The translations under genes were made by a program, and so were the position numbers. A stretch of DNA of 60,360 bases, counting the filler. It is 5 parts of 5 records of this genome, joined end to end, with 100 filler letters (N's around TTAATTAATTAA, not from the genome) between each part and the next. Parts side by side here need not be neighbours in the genome. Positions count along the whole stretch, not along the records: positions 1 to 12,879 come from DRR723986_11213; positions 12,980 to 24,156 come from DRR723986_11227; 3 more parts are not named here. One strand, written 5' to 3'. Shown in pieces: positions 1 to 15,243 of the stretch (position 1 is the stretch's first letter; the number at the start of each line of letters is the position of its first letter). The notes under the pieces were generated by a model. The model worked only from the letters and a program-made list of their open reading frames with translations, was not told the DNA's origin and made no database searches.

Positions 1-4
1 TTTC

Positions 5-20
5 GGGCCATCCATGGCCC
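5..20. repeat. Short perfect palindrome GGGCCAT-CC-ATGGCCC, possible REP-like element at contig start
   Basis: 7-bp perfect inverted repeat with a 2-nt loop, downstream of kdsA. Confidence 0.35.
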
Positions 21-100
21 TCAAAATTTTCGCAAAGTCGTTCCAGTCGCTCGCTCCCAAACTATTCAGTATGCAGTCTCTTAAACACCAACACCGCCAA

Positions 101-2616
<2,516 letters not shown>

Positions 2617-2665
2617 TTATTCATCTCAAGATGGGACGCCAGACTACCAGAAAGCCCCTCTCTAC

Positions 2666-4003
2666 TCAATCACAATCCCGCTCCACAATCAGCCGCCAGC
2701 CGGCGGCATGGGCGCCTCCGGAGTATTGTTCAGAACACCACAAATCGCCAATGGCAATCCATGCCTCTCCAGCCGCCGAGACCTCGTAAACCAGCGGCAG
2801 AGCCGCTCTCTCCCAGGGTGGCACGCCCTGCTCCTGCATCCAGGTTTTCAGCGGTCGGGAGGGTAAATTGCTGCCGAACCGGATTCGCTCGCCGCCCTGC
2901 CTCGTAGATACCCTTATTTCCGGACAGGAGGCTTCCGTTGTAGTGCTCTGCGAAGCAGGCACAAGCCGAAGGGTCCACCACCCCCACTCCATGACCTGGC
3001 CCGGCAACAAGGACCTGGGACCCACAGGGATTGCGACCTGGGGCACCAGGTAAAGGTGATCCCGATAACGGCGGATACAGAATCCGTCTCCACGAATTTC
3101 CGGAGTTCGATCCGAACCTGCGTGAATCAACTGGTCGAGTGCTGAGCACCAATCTGACAGCGCCGGAACCGGCAATCCCCGGCCATGAATCCACCAGCGC
3201 ACCAGGTTCCGGCGCTCGATCTGCCCAAGTGCCGAGAACGGGGCCAGGCGGATTCGACCTTTATCGTCGCCGCAACTCTGCCATTGCAACTCCGCCAGCC
3301 TCTGACTCAGGGTTTCACTCTCGGCGCAGGCCCGGGCACTGTGAGCAACGCGCTTCAACAAACCCGGCCAACGCTGTTTAAGGCCCGGCATTACCGAGTG
3401 CCGCAGATAATTGCGGTCGTGTACTTCACTCTGGTTGCTGGGATCTTCTACCCAGCTTACCCCCTGCTCACGCGCCACCTGCTCCAATCGACTGCGGGAT
3501 ACGCCAAGCCAGGGCCGGTAGAGATGCCCCAGCCCGAGCGACCGGGCAGCAGGCATTCCGGCCAGACCGTTTACGCCAGTACCACGCAGCAGCCGGAACA
3601 GAACCGTTTCTACCTGGTCGTCTGCATGGTGCGCCATCAGGAGAAGGTCGTTGTCTCCCAGAACCTCCCTGAAGACCTCGTAGCGCGCCGCTCTTGCTGA
3701 CTCTTCGAGGCTCCCCGCGCCCGTAGCTACATTCACTCGACGCACCTGGAGTTCGACGCCCAGTCCAGCACAGAGATCGATACAGGCGCGCTCCGTCTGA
3801 TCGTGATTGGACTGTAACTGATGATTGATATGCAACGCTCTGACGCGCGGATGGGCGGCCGCAACGACACGCAAAAGCAGGGATGAGTCCAGGCCGCCGC
3901 TCAAGGCGACCCAGAGTTCATCACAGGCGGGAAGTTTCTGAACCGGCCCGATCAGGTCTTCGGGCCAGGTATCCCGGCGAGCGGTGTTACCGCCCGCCGT
4001 CAT
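2666..4003 (-). CDS. tilS: tRNA(Ile)-lysidine synthetase
   Basis: PP-loop [24 protein letters not shown]; follows accA. Start placed at ATG 4003 (ORF is open to 4042). Confidence 0.95.
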   Translation of the reverse strand: MTAGGNTARRDTWPEDLIGPVQKLPACDELWVALSGGLDSSLLLRVVAAAHPRVRALHINHQLQSNHDQTERACIDLCAGLGVELQVRRVNVATGAGSLEESARAARYEVFREVLGDNDLLLMAHHADDQVETVLFRLLRGTGVNGLAGMPAARSLGLGHLYRPWLGVSRSRLEQVAREQGVSWVEDPSNQSEVHDRNYLRHSVMPGLKQRWPGLLKRVAHSARACAESETLSQRLAELQWQSCGDDKGRIRLAPFSALGQIERRNLVRWWIHGRGLPVPALSDWCSALDQLIHAGSDRTPEIRGDGFCIRRYRDHLYLVPQVAIPVGPRSLLPGQVMEWGWWTLRLVPASQSTTTEASCPEIRVSTRQGGERIRFGSNLPSRPLKTWMQEQGVPPWERAALPLVYEVSAAGEAWIAIGDLWCSEQYSGGAHAAGWRLIVERDCD

Positions 4004-4940
4004 AGCGGGTAAGACGCTCGTACCGGCGGGAAACCAGTTCATCCAGCGGCAATCGGCTCAGCTCAGCCACGCCCTGGGCCAGCGACGTCTTCAGGGTTTC
4101 CGCCATTTTTTCCGGATTACGGTGAGCGCCGCCCAGCGGCTCATCGATCACGTGATCCGCCACACCCAGCTCTTTCAGACGATCGGCGGTAACGCCCATG
4201 GCCTCAGCCGCCTGAGCAGCGTGCTCGGCGCTCTTCCAGAGGATGGAGGCGCAGCCTTCCGGAGAAATAACGGCGTAGGTGGAGTACTGCAACATGTTGA
4301 GCTGGTCGCAGACACCGATCGCAAGTGCGCCACCGGAACCACCCTCGCCGATCACGGTAGAGATAATCGGAGTTTTCAGTCTCGACATCACCGCGAGGTT
4401 GAATGCGATGGCTTCACTCTGTCCGCGCTCTTCGGCACCGATACCGGGATAAGCGCCCGGGGTATCGATAAAGGTCAGAATCGGCATTTTGAAACGTTCA
4501 GCCATTTCCATCAGGCGCAGAGCCTTGCGATAACCTTCCGGACGAGGCATCCCGAAGTTGCGCTTGACCTTGTCCCGCACTTCACGACCCTTCTGGTGGC
4601 CGATAATCATGACCGGCGTGTTATCGAGGCGAGCGGTGCCGCCAATGATCGACAGATCATCGGCGTAGCGTCGATCACCATGCAGTTCGTCAAAATCCTC
4701 GAAGATCAGGTCAATATAATCCTGGGTATAGGGCCGGCGCGGGTGCCGGGCCAGACGGGCAATGTCCCAGGACTTAAGGTCGGAGAAGATCGACTCGGTC
4801 AGACTGATGCTCTTCTTTTTCAGGCGGCTGATTTCGTCGGTGATATTGATATCGGTGTCGTTACCCACCATGCGAAGCTCTTCAATCTTGGCTTCCAGGT
4901 CGGCGATCGGCTGTTCGAAATCCAGGTAGTTAGGGTTCAT
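3987..4940 (-). CDS. accA: Acetyl-CoA carboxylase carboxyltransferase alpha subunit
   Basis: [12 protein letters not shown] start, [19 protein letters not shown]. Confidence 0.98.
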   Translation of the reverse strand: MNPNYLDFEQPIADLEAKIEELRMVGNDTDINITDEISRLKKKSISLTESIFSDLKSWDIARLARHPRRPYTQDYIDLIFEDFDELHGDRRYADDLSIIGGTARLDNTPVMIIGHQKGREVRDKVKRNFGMPRPEGYRKALRLMEMAERFKMPILTFIDTPGAYPGIGAEERGQSEAIAFNLAVMSRLKTPIISTVIGEGGSGGALAIGVCDQLNMLQYSTYAVISPEGCASILWKSAEHAAQAAEAMGVTADRLKELGVADHVIDEPLGGAHRNPEKMAETLKTSLAQGVAELSRLPLDELVSRRYERLTRYDGGR

Positions 4941-5042
4941 GATGTTCCATCATTTTATTGCCAGGCGGGCCGAAACCCGCCAAAACCAGAATTTGGGACA
5001 AAGATAGCAGCGCTGCCGGCAAGGCTAAAGCGGACATTGGTC

Positions 5043-8000
5043 TTAATCATAGACCAGTTCCACAGACTGGTCGCCCACCAGGTGCTTCAGCTCGAACAAC
5101 AGTGTGTCGTCTGGCTGTACCCGCCAGCTTTCACCCAGTTCAATACGGGTGCTGGCCTCGGCACTGCGGTACTCAATCCAGACCGGGCTGCCTTCACTGC
5201 GAAACGGCCTGAGGGTATCGTCCAGCTTGTCCAGAAGTCCATTCTGCAACTGCTCTGAACGCAACGCCAGTTTGATACCCCGGCTGAACTGCTGACGGGC
5301 GGTCGCCACATCCATCACGCTGCTGACCCGCATTTTCATCTGGCCGGAATAATCATCGTGGCTGACTTGTCCTTCCATCACAATTACCTGGTCCGACTGC
5401 AGCAACTCCCGGTTCTCGAAGAAGGCCTCGGAAAACAGGGTAGCCTCGATCCGGGCGCTGCGATCATCCAGAGTAATGAAGCACATGGTAGAGCCGGTCT
5501 TGGTCTTCATGGTGCGCTGGGCCACCACCAGCCCGGCTACCCGCTGTGGCGATTTATTGGGCTTCAGATCGGCGATGGAGCAACGGACAAACCGACGTAC
5601 TTCCCGTTCGTATTCATCAAAGGGGTGGCCGGTAAGGTACAGGCCCAGAGTGTCCTTTTCGCCTTTCAGGCGTTCTTTCTCCGGCCACTCCCGAACGTGG
5701 GCAACGTCCGCATAGGTGTCTTCATCATCGCCACCGCCCTCAAGCATTTCTCCGAACATGTCCACCATGCCGGCGGCATCGTTGCGGGACTGCTGGTCTG
5801 CCTGCTGGATGGCCTTGTCGATACTGGCCATCAGCTTGGCGCGATCGGCACCCAGTTTATCCATGGCGCCAGAGCGAATCAGGGCTTCCATGGCCCGCTT
5901 GTTGACCTTTTTCAGATCCACCCGGCGGCAGAAATCAAAGATATCCTGGAAAGGGCCTTCTTTGGCCGCTTCTACAATGCTCTCGATGGGACCTTCACCC
6001 AGGCCCTTGATTGCGCCCAGGCCGTAGACAATCTGGCCCTGATCATTAACGGTAAAGGTATAAGCGGATCGGCTGACGTCCGGCACCAGCAAGTCCAGCT
6101 TCATGTTGCGGCACTCTTCCACCAGCGTCACCACCTTGTCCGTGTTCTGCATATCGGCGGTGAGAACCGCAGCCATGAATTCGGCCGGATAGTGTGCTTT
6201 CAGCCACAGGGTCTGGTAAGACACCAACGCGTAAGCGGCAGAGTGGGATTTGTTGAAGCCGTAACCGGCGAATTTCTCCACCAGGTCAAAGATGTTTTCC
6301 GCCAGGGTCTTGTCGATGCCGTTGTTTTCACAACCGTCCAGGAAGATGGCTTTCTGCTTGGCCATTTCTTCCGGTTTTTTCTTACCCATAGCCCGGCGCA
6401 GCATGTCGGCGCCGCCAAGGGTATAGCCCGCCATCACCTGAGCGATCTGCATGACCTGCTCCTGGTACAGGATAACCCCGTAGGTGGGCTCCAGAACCGG
6501 CTTCAGGCCCTGATACTGGTAATCCGGATGCGGATAAGACAACGGCTGCCGACCGTGCTTCCGGTCGATAAAGTCATCCACCATGCCGGACTGCAGCGGA
6601 CCGGGACGGAACAGGGCTACCAGGGCGATCATGTCTTCCAGGGAGTCCGGTTGCAGGCGGCGGATAAGATCTTTCATACCCCGGGATTCCAACTGGAATA
6701 CCGCCGTGGTCTCTGCCTTCTTGAGCATGTCAAAAGAGGGCTTGTCGTCCAGCGGAATCGCGCTGATGTCGAGTTCGCCTTCCCCACGCTGCTGCCGGCG
6801 CGGGTTGATCATGTTCAGTGCCCATTTGATGATGGTCAGGGTCCGCAGGCCCAGAAAGTCAAATTTCACCAGGCCGGCGTCTTCCACATCGCCCTTGTCG
6901 AACTGGGTCACCAGACTGCCGCCCTCGTCATCACAGTAAAGCGGCGAAAAATCGGTGATCTTGGTGGGCGCGATTACCACGCCCCCCGCGTGCTTGCCGG
7001 CGTTACGGCACACGCCTTCGAGCTTCAGGGCCATCTCCCAGATTTCCTGGGCTTCTTCATCCTGCTCCAGGAATTCTTTGAGCTGGGGCTCCTGCTCGAT
7101 CGCCTTGTTCAGGGTCATGCCCACTTCAAAGGGGATCAGTTTGGAGAGTTTGTCTGCCAGGCCATAGGATTTTCCCTGCACCCGGGCCACATCACGGACC
7201 ACCGCCTTGGCGGCCATGGTACCGAAGGTAATAATCTGGGAAACCGCTTCCCGGCCGTATTTCTGGGCGGTGTAGTCGATGACGCGGTCCCGGCCTTCCA
7301 TGCAGAAGTCGACGTCGAAGTCAGGCATGGAGACCCGCTCCGGGTTCAGGAACCGCTCGAACAGCAGATCGTATTCCAACGGATCCAGGTCCGTGATCAG
7401 CAGCGCATACGCCACCAGCGAGCCGGCACCGGAACCCCGGCCCGGCCCTACCGGAACGCCGTTGTTCTTGGCCCACTTGATGAAGTCCATTACGATCAGG
7501 AAGTAGCCGGGGAACCCCATCTGGATAATGATATCCAGCTCGAACTTCAGGCGCTTGTAGTACTCTTCACGCTTTTGATCATACTCAGGATCGTCCTTGC
7601 TCAGGGTTTTCGCCAGCCGGGCTTCCAGTCCTTCTTCCGACACATGGCGAAAATATTCGTCCATGGTCATGCCGTCCGGGATCGGATAATTAGGCAAGAA
7701 GTATTCGCCCATCCGAACCTTCACCGAGCAGCGCCTGGCGATTTCCACGGTGTTTTCCACAGCTTCCGGAATGTCCGAGAACAGCTCGATCATTTCCTCG
7801 GCGCTGCGCAGATATTGCTGATCGCTGAACCGACGATCCCGCCTGGGATCGTCCAGAGTCCGGCTTTCGCCGATGCAGACCCGGGCTTCGTGGGCTTCAA
7901 AATCATCCGCCTCAAGGAAGTGAACGTCATTGGTCGCCACCACCGGCAAACCGAGCTCAGCTGCCAACTCCACACTCATGTGCAGACAATCCTCGTCACC

Positions 8001-8531
8001 GGCCCGCCCTGTGCGCTGCAACTCCAGGTAATAACTGTCGGGATAAAGGTTTCGCCAGTAGTCTGCACGCTCCCTGGCCAGTTCCGGCTTCCCGGCCAGC
8101 AAGGCCTTGCCAACGTCCCCCATCTTGGCGCCGGACAGCACAATCAACCCCTTGGCACGGGATTCCAACCAGGTTTTCTGGACAATCGGCTTGCCGTAGC
8201 GCTGACCTTCGGTATAGCCCTGGGAAATGATCTCCGTCAGGTTCAGGTAGCCATCGTTGTCTCGGGCCAGCAAGGTCAGCCGGAACGGGTTTTCGGGCTC
8301 ATCCGGATTCTCCAGCCAGATATCAGCGCCGATAATGGGCTTGACCCCCGCGCCCATGGCGGCCTTGTAGAAACGTACCAGAGAGCACATATTGGACTGT
8401 TCGGTCAGGCCAACCGCCGGCATGCCCAGTTCCGCGACCCGGCCGATCAGCGGTTTGACCCGAACCAGGCCATCCACCATGGAGTATTCGGAGTGAACGC
8501 GCAGGTGTACAAAGGTGTTTGCCATGGTCAT
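5043..8531 (-). CDS. dnaE: DNA polymerase III alpha subunit
   Basis: PHP domain [21 protein letters not shown], catalytic PDFDVDF, YGFNKSH; conserved dnaE-accA-tilS order. Confidence 0.99.
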   Translation of the reverse strand: MTMANTFVHLRVHSEYSMVDGLVRVKPLIGRVAELGMPAVGLTEQSNMCSLVRFYKAAMGAGVKPIIGADIWLENPDEPENPFRLTLLARDNDGYLNLTEIISQGYTEGQRYGKPIVQKTWLESRAKGLIVLSGAKMGDVGKALLAGKPELARERADYWRNLYPDSYYLELQRTGRAGDEDCLHMSVELAAELGLPVVATNDVHFLEADDFEAHEARVCIGESRTLDDPRRDRRFSDQQYLRSAEEMIELFSDIPEAVENTVEIARRCSVKVRMGEYFLPNYPIPDGMTMDEYFRHVSEEGLEARLAKTLSKDDPEYDQKREEYYKRLKFELDIIIQMGFPGYFLIVMDFIKWAKNNGVPVGPGRGSGAGSLVAYALLITDLDPLEYDLLFERFLNPERVSMPDFDVDFCMEGRDRVIDYTAQKYGREAVSQIITFGTMAAKAVVRDVARVQGKSYGLADKLSKLIPFEVGMTLNKAIEQEPQLKEFLEQDEEAQEIWEMALKLEGVCRNAGKHAGGVVIAPTKITDFSPLYCDDEGGSLVTQFDKGDVEDAGLVKFDFLGLRTLTIIKWALNMINPRRQQRGEGELDISAIPLDDKPSFDMLKKAETTAVFQLESRGMKDLIRRLQPDSLEDMIALVALFRPGPLQSGMVDDFIDRKHGRQPLSYPHPDYQYQGLKPVLEPTYGVILYQEQVMQIAQVMAGYTLGGADMLRRAMGKKKPEEMAKQKAIFLDGCENNGIDKTLAENIFDLVEKFAGYGFNKSHSAAYALVSYQTLWLKAHYPAEFMAAVLTADMQNTDKVVTLVEECRNMKLDLLVPDVSRSAYTFTVNDQGQIVYGLGAIKGLGEGPIESIVEAAKEGPFQDIFDFCRRVDLKKVNKRAMEALIRSGAMDKLGADRAKLMASIDKAIQQADQQSRNDAAGMVDMFGEMLEGGGDDEDTYADVAHVREWPEKERLKGEKDTLGLYLTGHPFDEYEREVRRFVRCSIADLKPNKSPQRVAGLVVAQRTMKTKTGSTMCFITLDDRSARIEATLFSEAFFENRELLQSDQVIVMEGQVSHDDYSGQMKMRVSSVMDVATARQQFSRGIKLALRSEQLQNGLLDKLDDTLRPFRSEGSPVWIEYRSAEASTRIELGESWRVQPDDTLLFELKHLVGDQSVELVYD

Positions 8532-9004
8532 TCGCCAATCAGTGCTCGGATGTCTTCTTCGGTCTGAGGCCCGAACCGGGCCTCAATCAGGGTGCCTTCA
8601 GGATCCACAACGAAAGTGGCAGGCAGCGCCATCGGCACCTGCCAACCGAACCCGGGCCCCGGATCAGAGGCCAGCATGGTAAATTCAATCCCCATACGTT
8701 CGCCGAGCTCAACCAGCGGCACACCCGTAACGCCATCAAAATTAACCCCAAGCACCGCAATATCCGGAGCCTTGTCCAACTCGTTCAGCTCGGGGATTTC
8801 CTCAAGGCAGGGTTTGCACCACTCCGCCCAGTAATTCACCAGTACCCATTGGCCGCGGTACTTGTCCCAATTGGCCGGGGTGCCGTCGGCCCGTTCCAGC
8901 TCGATCTTTTCACAACCTGAGACCAACAACAGCATCAGCATGAGTACCGGCCATGCCAGCCAACGTGCGCCACTACAAAAGAGCCCGGACTGAGGGTACT
9001 GCAA
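8528..9004 (-). CDS. TlpA-family thiol-disulfide oxidoreductase, probable lipoprotein
   Basis: [15 protein letters not shown] motif; LVSGC lipobox-like motif; start uncertain. Confidence 0.88.
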   Translation of the reverse strand: MQYPQSGLFCSGARWLAWPVLMLMLLLVSGCEKIELERADGTPANWDKYRGQWVLVNYWAEWCKPCLEEIPELNELDKAPDIAVLGVNFDGVTGVPLVELGERMGIEFTMLASDPGPGFGWQVPMALPATFVVDPEGTLIEARFGPQTEEDIRALIGE

Positions 9005-9071
9005 GGGTTATCCTCCTGTTAGACTAACGCCCCGGAAAAGTCTGCAATCAATAGGTTAAACGGCCACGACC

Positions 9072-9425
9072 ATGACAGAAGCTACCCGTATTTTCCATAA
9101 CCCCAGGTGCTCAAAATCACGCCAGACCCTGGAACTGTTGCAGCAAAAGGGCATCGAACCGGAGATTATACGCTACCTTGAGACGCCACCGACAGAGCAG
9201 GAACTTCTACACATTCTGGATCTGCTTGGTTGCGAACCCAGGGAACTCATGCGAATCAAAGAAGCCGAATACCGCGAACAGGGGCTGGACAACCCGGACC
9301 TCAGCCGAGAAGCCCTGGTACGTGCCATGGTGAATACACCGAAACTGATGGAGCGCCCGATCGTGCTGGCTAACGGCAAGGCCGCCGTCGGCCGGCCTCC
9401 GGAAAACGTACTGGACATTCTCTGA
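9072..9425 (+). CDS. arsC: Arsenate reductase, glutaredoxin-type ArsC family
   Basis: HNPRCSKSR and PKLMERPIV motifs. Confidence 0.92.
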   Translation: MTEATRIFHNPRCSKSRQTLELLQQKGIEPEIIRYLETPPTEQELLHILDLLGCEPRELMRIKEAEYREQGLDNPDLSREALVRAMVNTPKLMERPIVLANGKAAVGRPPENVLDIL

Positions 9426-10046
<621 letters not shown>

Positions 10047-10088
10047 ACTGGACCAAACTTTCAAACAACCCTTAATGCGGACTGCTCC

Positions 10089-10448
10089 ATGCTCCACAAC
10101 GACAAAGCCAGAAATACCGCACGCCTGACCATCACCCTTTACCTGGCCGTGCTCGCCACCCTGCTGGTCACTACGTTCTGGCCCGCACCGGTGGAGGGCG
10201 TTTCCATACCCCTGATGCTGACCGTCAAACTCCTGCCGCTGCTGGCGTTCGCGGTACCGGTTTTCCGGGGTCACAATCGGGGTTATATCTGGCTGGCCTT
10301 TGTGGTGATTTTCTACTTCACTCAGGCCGTGGTTTCGGCCTGGCTGTCGGAAGGCGCCGCCGGTCCCGTGACACTGACTATCCTGACGTTCCTGTTGTTT
10401 ACCGTTGCCATGGTGCATCTCAAGGTCAATCGACCGGTTGCAAACTGA
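10089..10448 (+). CDS. Small membrane protein, DUF2069-like
   Basis: Four hydrophobic segments, YIWLAFVVIFYF; usual position after arsC-wrbA. Confidence 0.75.
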   Translation: MLHNDKARNTARLTITLYLAVLATLLVTTFWPAPVEGVSIPLMLTVKLLPLLAFAVPVFRGHNRGYIWLAFVVIFYFTQAVVSAWLSEGAAGPVTLTILTFLLFTVAMVHLKVNRPVAN

Positions 10449-10474
10449 TGTTGCTGGCTCCCGGAGGCAAATAG

Positions 10475-12280
10475 ATGGCGAATGACACCGAGACCATGCC
10501 GGCACCACCGCATCGCCAGACCCTGACCCTGAGGGACATCTGCTCAGCGCTTGTGGAAAGCGGCGAGATCACCCAGCAGGATGCTGAAAAAGTACTGACG
10601 GCCAATCTCGGTGCCGCCTCTGGTGCCGGCCATACCCCACAGCGGCATCCTCTCGAACTGGTGGCGATTGCCGCTCTGACCAGCCAGCGGGACGGCCGAA
10701 CTCTTGATCTGGAGCGGCTGACCCATTGGCTTGCTCGCTGGGGCGGTCAGGACTACTACCATATCGATCCGCTGAAGATCGACACCCCGGCCATCGCGCG
10801 GGTGATGTCCTACGCCTTCGCACAGCGCCATGGCATTCTCGCGGTGGAGATCACACCGGATGAGGTGGTGATTGCCAGCACCGAACCTTTCAAGCGGGAA
10901 TGGGAAAGCAACCTCCGCCAGGCCGTGCGCAAAGACATTCGCCGGGTGGTCGCCAACCCGGAGGATATCCGCCGTTACACAGTCGAGTTCTATCAACTGG
11001 CAAGCTCGGTCAGCAAGGCCAGTGGCGGCCAGTCGCCAGGCGGTACCGGCAATCAGAATTTCGAACAGTTGCTGGACCTCGGCGCCAGCGAGAATCCGGA
11101 CGCCAACGACCAGCATGTGGTCAAAATCGTTGACTGGCTGCTGCAATATGCCTTCGAGCAGCGAGCCTCCGACATTCATATAGAGCCCCGGCGCACGGTT
11201 ACCCAGGTGCGGTTCCGGATCGACGGGGTGCTGCACAATGTCTACGAATTCCCGGAACACGTTGGCGTGGCCGTGACCAGCCGCCTGAAAATCCTCGGGC
11301 GCCTGAACGTAGCCGAGAAACGACGGCCCCAGGACGGCCGCATCAAGACCCGCAAACCCGATAACAGCGAAGTGGAGCTGCGCCTGGCCACCATGCCAAC
11401 GGCGTTCGGCGAAAAAATGGTGATGCGGATTTTTGACCCGGAGGTACTGCTCAAATCCTTCGAGCAACTGGGCTTCAGCAAGGAAGACCGGGAACGCTGG
11501 CAAACCATGACCTCGCGGCCCCACGGTATCGTGCTGGTAACCGGGCCCACCGGTTCCGGTAAAACCACCACGCTGTATTCCACGCTCAAACAACTGGCAT
11601 CTCCGGAGCTCAACATCTGCACCATTGAGGATCCGATCGAGATGGTGGAGCCCGCATTCAACCAGATGCAGGTGCAAACCAATATCGACCTGACCTTTGC
11701 CCACGGTGTGCGTGCCCTGCTGCGGCAGGACCCGGACATCATCATGATCGGTGAGATCCGGGATCTGGAAACGGCTGAAATGGCAGTGCAGGCAGCGCTA
11801 ACCGGGCATCTGGTTCTCTCAACACTGCATACCAACGATGCCCCCAGCGCCATCACCCGCCTGATGGAGCTGGGCATTCCGCCCTATCTGATCCGGGCCA
11901 CGGTACTCGGCGTGATGGCCCAGCGACTGGCGCGTACGCTCTGCCCGCACTGCAAGCAGCCCGGGGAGTCGGATGCTCACGCCTGGCAGACGCTGACCCG
12001 GCCGTGGAAGGCACTGCTGCCCCGGCAGTTCTACCAGCCGGTCGGCTGCCTGGAATGCCGGAACACCGGTTACATGGGCCGAGCCGGGGTATACGAGATT
12101 ATGGCACTGTCAGACAAACTCACCCGCCAGATCACCGATCACTGCGAGCTGGAACAGCTTCGGCTGGATGCCTACAAAGAAGGCATGAAGTCACTGCGGC
12201 TCAATGGCGCCCAGAAAGTGGCCGCGGGACTGACCACGGTGGAGGAAATTCTGAGGGTAACGCCGGAAAGCCAACGTTGA
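10475..12280 (+). CDS. GspE/PulE/PilB-family secretion ATPase
   Basis: ASDIHIEP, PQDGR, Walker A GPTGSGKT, LRQDPDIIMIGEIRD, His box, two CxxC motifs. Confidence 0.95.
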   Translation: MANDTETMPAPPHRQTLTLRDICSALVESGEITQQDAEKVLTANLGAASGAGHTPQRHPLELVAIAALTSQRDGRTLDLERLTHWLARWGGQDYYHIDPLKIDTPAIARVMSYAFAQRHGILAVEITPDEVVIASTEPFKREWESNLRQAVRKDIRRVVANPEDIRRYTVEFYQLASSVSKASGGQSPGGTGNQNFEQLLDLGASENPDANDQHVVKIVDWLLQYAFEQRASDIHIEPRRTVTQVRFRIDGVLHNVYEFPEHVGVAVTSRLKILGRLNVAEKRRPQDGRIKTRKPDNSEVELRLATMPTAFGEKMVMRIFDPEVLLKSFEQLGFSKEDRERWQTMTSRPHGIVLVTGPTGSGKTTTLYSTLKQLASPELNICTIEDPIEMVEPAFNQMQVQTNIDLTFAHGVRALLRQDPDIIMIGEIRDLETAEMAVQAALTGHLVLSTLHTNDAPSAITRLMELGIPPYLIRATVLGVMAQRLARTLCPHCKQPGESDAHAWQTLTRPWKALLPRQFYQPVGCLECRNTGYMGRAGVYEIMALSDKLTRQITDHCELEQLRLDAYKEGMKSLRLNGAQKVAAGLTTVEEILRVTPESQR

Positions 12281-12293
12281 GTAAAACGGACAA

Positions 12294-12879
12294 TCAGGCG
12301 CCCGGACGAAGCCCGCACTGCCCCAACAGATCCTGCCAGTGCCGGGTATGCCGCATCATGGCCTGATCCAGTTCCTGCCAGAGGCTATTCTGGGTATCAG
12401 CCGCCAGATGACGCTGGTACCAGGGCGTAAAACTCTCTGGCATCACGGCTTGCTGCTGTCTGGCGAGTTCCTCAAAGCCCGCAATCAGCGAATCCCGTGC
12501 CCGGCTGACGTCACTCATGTACGGCTGGATTTTTCCGATATAGATACTGAAGAAGAAGTTCTGAACAATTTCCGACTGGTTATTGGGCTGGCCGTTGAGA
12601 CACAGCGGCCTGCCCTCCAATCGAGTGCCGAGCAGCTCGGTACCGGCATTCAGGGTGCTGATCAGCAAGCGGGCGCTGTTAATAGTCTGGCCCGCCAGCA
12701 CATCCGCCTGCCAGCGCTGATGGATCTGGCCGAGATTCTCCAGGGAGATCTCGAGCTTCTGAGCCAGTAAGGCTTCCACCTGGCGGTTCAACTGCTGCAG
12801 ATCCCGGACCAGATCCGACGCGGGATTGCCCGTTTCCGCCACCGGATAATAGCCTTTGGACAGTGTGAACTGGCGCTCC
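12294..12879 (-). CDS. Hypothetical protein, DUF3080-like; 5' end cut by the contig break
   Basis: Frame open towards the gap; helical protein ending HTRHWQDLLGQCGLRPG. Confidence 0.6.
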
Positions 12880-12979
12880 NNNNNNNNNNNNNNNNNNNNN
12901 NNNNNNNNNNNNNNNNNNNNNNNTTAATTAATTAANNNNNNNNNNNNNNNNNNNNNNNNNNNNNNNNNNNNNNNNNNNN
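12880..12979. other. Artificial contig spacer
   Basis: N44-TTAATTAATTAA-N44, with stops in all six frames. Confidence 0.98.
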
Positions 12980-13264
12980 CTAGCGCGGGCCGTCAGGCCC
13001 GTCCCGCCCTTCCCTGCGGGGTGCGGGCGGTGGGGCGGGGCGGGCTGTCTGCCACCGCGTTCGGGGAATGCGGAACGGCTTGAGGAGCGGTTCAACAACC
13101 TGCAGACCCTCGTTATGAATGAGGGACCGGCAGGGGGCAGGTCATTGATCCGGAGGGATCCGGGCCAGCACGTCTGATCGCGAATACCGCTGTGGAGATG
13201 GCCCGCGCTCGAGCATGGAGCGCGATGCCTTTTGGAATAGCACCGAGGGGTATGATGATACCCG

Positions 13265-14125
13265 CTATTTGAAGCTGAAGCCGCGCTCTTCGAGGAAGCC
13301 TTTCAGCTTGTCCCGGTTCTTCAGCATCTCAGCCGTTGCGACCCGTTCCGCGGATTTCAGGGACCAGTCGACTACGGGCATGGACTGCTCTTCCTGGAAT
13401 TTCCGCATCGTGGCATTGTACAAACCGATGTCCTCGACCTCTGTTTCCGGCTGATAGGTTTCGCGGTGCCGCACGCTGCGCTGCGGAAGGCGCGGCTTGA
13501 TCGAGGCCGGGCGGGCCGGGTCTTCGCGGCCGACGGTCATCCCGAAGACAGAGAAAGATCCTTCGGGCAAGTTCAGTTCGGCGGACAGTTCGAGGGGATT
13601 GCTGCGCATGGACCCGATGTAGCAGGTGCCGTAGCCCATCGCCTCCAGGGCAACGCAGGCATTCTGGGCGGCCAGGGAAACGTCGACGACCGAGGTCAGG
13701 AAGAGTTCGAGATAATCGAGGCCTTCCGCGGTGGTGCCTTCGATCTCGGTCATCTTCCGAATCCGCGACAGATCGCAGACCCAGACCATCACCAGCGGCG
13801 CGGCGTAGATATGCTTTTGGTTGTTTGCGAGCGCGGCAAGCCTCGAAATGCGTTCGGGATCGGCGACCGTCACCACGTTCCACAGTTGCAAATTCGACGA
13901 GGACGGCGCGGATTGCGCGGCCGCAACCGCGACCGAGATGTCTTCTTCGCGTACCGCGTCGGGCAGGTAGGCCCGGACGGTGCGATGGCCGAGAATGGTC
14001 TCGAACACATCGCCCGAATACTTCGGCAAACCGGGCTCGTCACCTCCGTACCGTTCCGCGAACAGGCGAGCGACGCTGTCGTCGGTTTCCGCTGACCTTA
14101 CCATGTCGTTTTGCTGCTTTCCCAT
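13265..14125 (-). CDS. NfsA/FRP-like nitroreductase (NADPH-dependent flavin oxidoreductase)
   Basis: HRTVRAY, AAQSAPSSSNLQ, YGTCYIGSMR, IKPRLPQ; start placed at ATG 14125. Confidence 0.9.
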   Translation of the reverse strand: MGKQQNDMVRSAETDDSVARLFAERYGGDEPGLPKYSGDVFETILGHRTVRAYLPDAVREEDISVAVAAAQSAPSSSNLQLWNVVTVADPERISRLAALANNQKHIYAAPLVMVWVCDLSRIRKMTEIEGTTAEGLDYLELFLTSVVDVSLAAQNACVALEAMGYGTCYIGSMRSNPLELSAELNLPEGSFSVFGMTVGREDPARPASIKPRLPQRSVRHRETYQPETEVEDIGLYNATMRKFQEEQSMPVVDWSLKSAERVATAEMLKNRDKLKGFLEERGFSFK

Positions 14126-14350
14126 CGCACTCTCTTTTCGTTGGTCGTCGTCTTCGTTGAAATCCTGCCTTGCCGGCGGAACCGGCTGACACCCGCTGCG
14201 CAGGCCGCCACGCCCGTTCGGGCACAACCCTCCGGGTCATTCGGCGGGGCCGGAAGGACCCCGGCCCACTGGTCGCGCCGACCCGGACGGCCCGGAGCGC
14301 GTCTGCCGTGAAAATTGCACGGTTGCTGCCGCGTCACAAGCGCGAACATG

Positions 14351-14385
14351 AATTTTTTGAAATGACGTTGCATTTTTTTGAACCG
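14351..14385. promoter_or_regulatory. Putative IclR operator, copy 1
   Basis: AT-rich 35-mer matching 17974-18008 at 23/35 positions; contains imperfect palindrome GTTGCA-N5-TTGAAC. Confidence 0.5.
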
Positions 14386-14477
14386 CCTGTAGGGTTGAGC
14401 CAACTTGGGAAAGCGGCGGGCTGGCGCCGGGCAAAGACGCCCGTCCACCACGAGCCCGCAGTCTGTCGGAGGATGCT

Positions 14478-15194
14478 GTGCAGAAAGAATTCGTCGTCAT
14501 CAGTGCCCATGTGGGCGATTTCGTCTGGCGCTGTGGTGGAGCCATCGCGCTTCATGTCGCTGCCGGCTACAAGGCGACGATCGTCTGCCTGAGCTATGGG
14601 GAGCGCGGCGAATCCGCCCGGCTGTATGAAGAGCCCGGCATGACCGCCGAGAAGGCCCGCGCCCGGCGGCGATCCGAAGCCGAGGCCGCCGCCGAAACCC
14701 TAGGGGCCCGCATCATCTTTCTGGACGGCTCTGATTACATGCTGCGTGTCACCGATGAGATGCTGCACAAGACGGCCGCCGTGCTGAGAGAGACCCAGCC
14801 CGAGTTCATCCTGACCCATCCCGCCGCCGATCCGTCGAACTTGGATCACGTGACGACATACAACTTTGCGCTCGAAGCGCGCATGGTCGCCCAGGCCCAC
14901 GGTCATCCGGGCGGACCGGTCATCGGCGCTCCGCAGGTCTACTCCTTCGAGCCGCACCAAACAGAGCTGTGCCAGTTCAAGCCTGACACCCTGCTCGACA
15001 TCACCAGCGTCTGGACGGTCAAGCGCAAGGCGATGGAATGCCTGGCGGGCCAGAAGGCGCTTTGGGACTACTACGAGCGGGTCGGCTTGCAGCGCGGCGC
15101 GGTGTCCCGGCGTCGGCAAAAGGGCAAAGCCAGCGGCCCGGTCTATGGAGAGGCGTTCCAGAGCGTCTTTCCCACGCGCGTCGAACTTCTGTGA
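14478..15194 (+). CDS. galB: PIG-L/LmbE-family protein, 4-oxalomesaconate hydratase GalB-like
   Basis: SAHxxDFVWRxGGAIALH, CLSYGERGESA, FEPHQxE, LWDYYxRVxLQRG match the GalB pattern. Confidence 0.8.
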   Translation: MQKEFVVISAHVGDFVWRCGGAIALHVAAGYKATIVCLSYGERGESARLYEEPGMTAEKARARRRSEAEAAAETLGARIIFLDGSDYMLRVTDEMLHKTAAVLRETQPEFILTHPAADPSNLDHVTTYNFALEARMVAQAHGHPGGPVIGAPQVYSFEPHQTELCQFKPDTLLDITSVWTVKRKAMECLAGQKALWDYYERVGLQRGAVSRRRQKGKASGPVYGEAFQSVFPTRVELL

Positions 15195-15243
15195 GGGGCG
15201 GTGACGTGATCCGACTGACGCTGCAAGCCGACCGGGTGACGGC

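Noticed and set aside
5358-8567. 1069-aa plus-strand ORF
   Set aside because: Antisense shadow of dnaE with no recognisable motifs; expected from high-GC codon bias.
12924-12935. TTAATTAATTAA motif recurring four times
   Set aside because: Artificial linker embedded in Ns; excluded from the TTAA observation.
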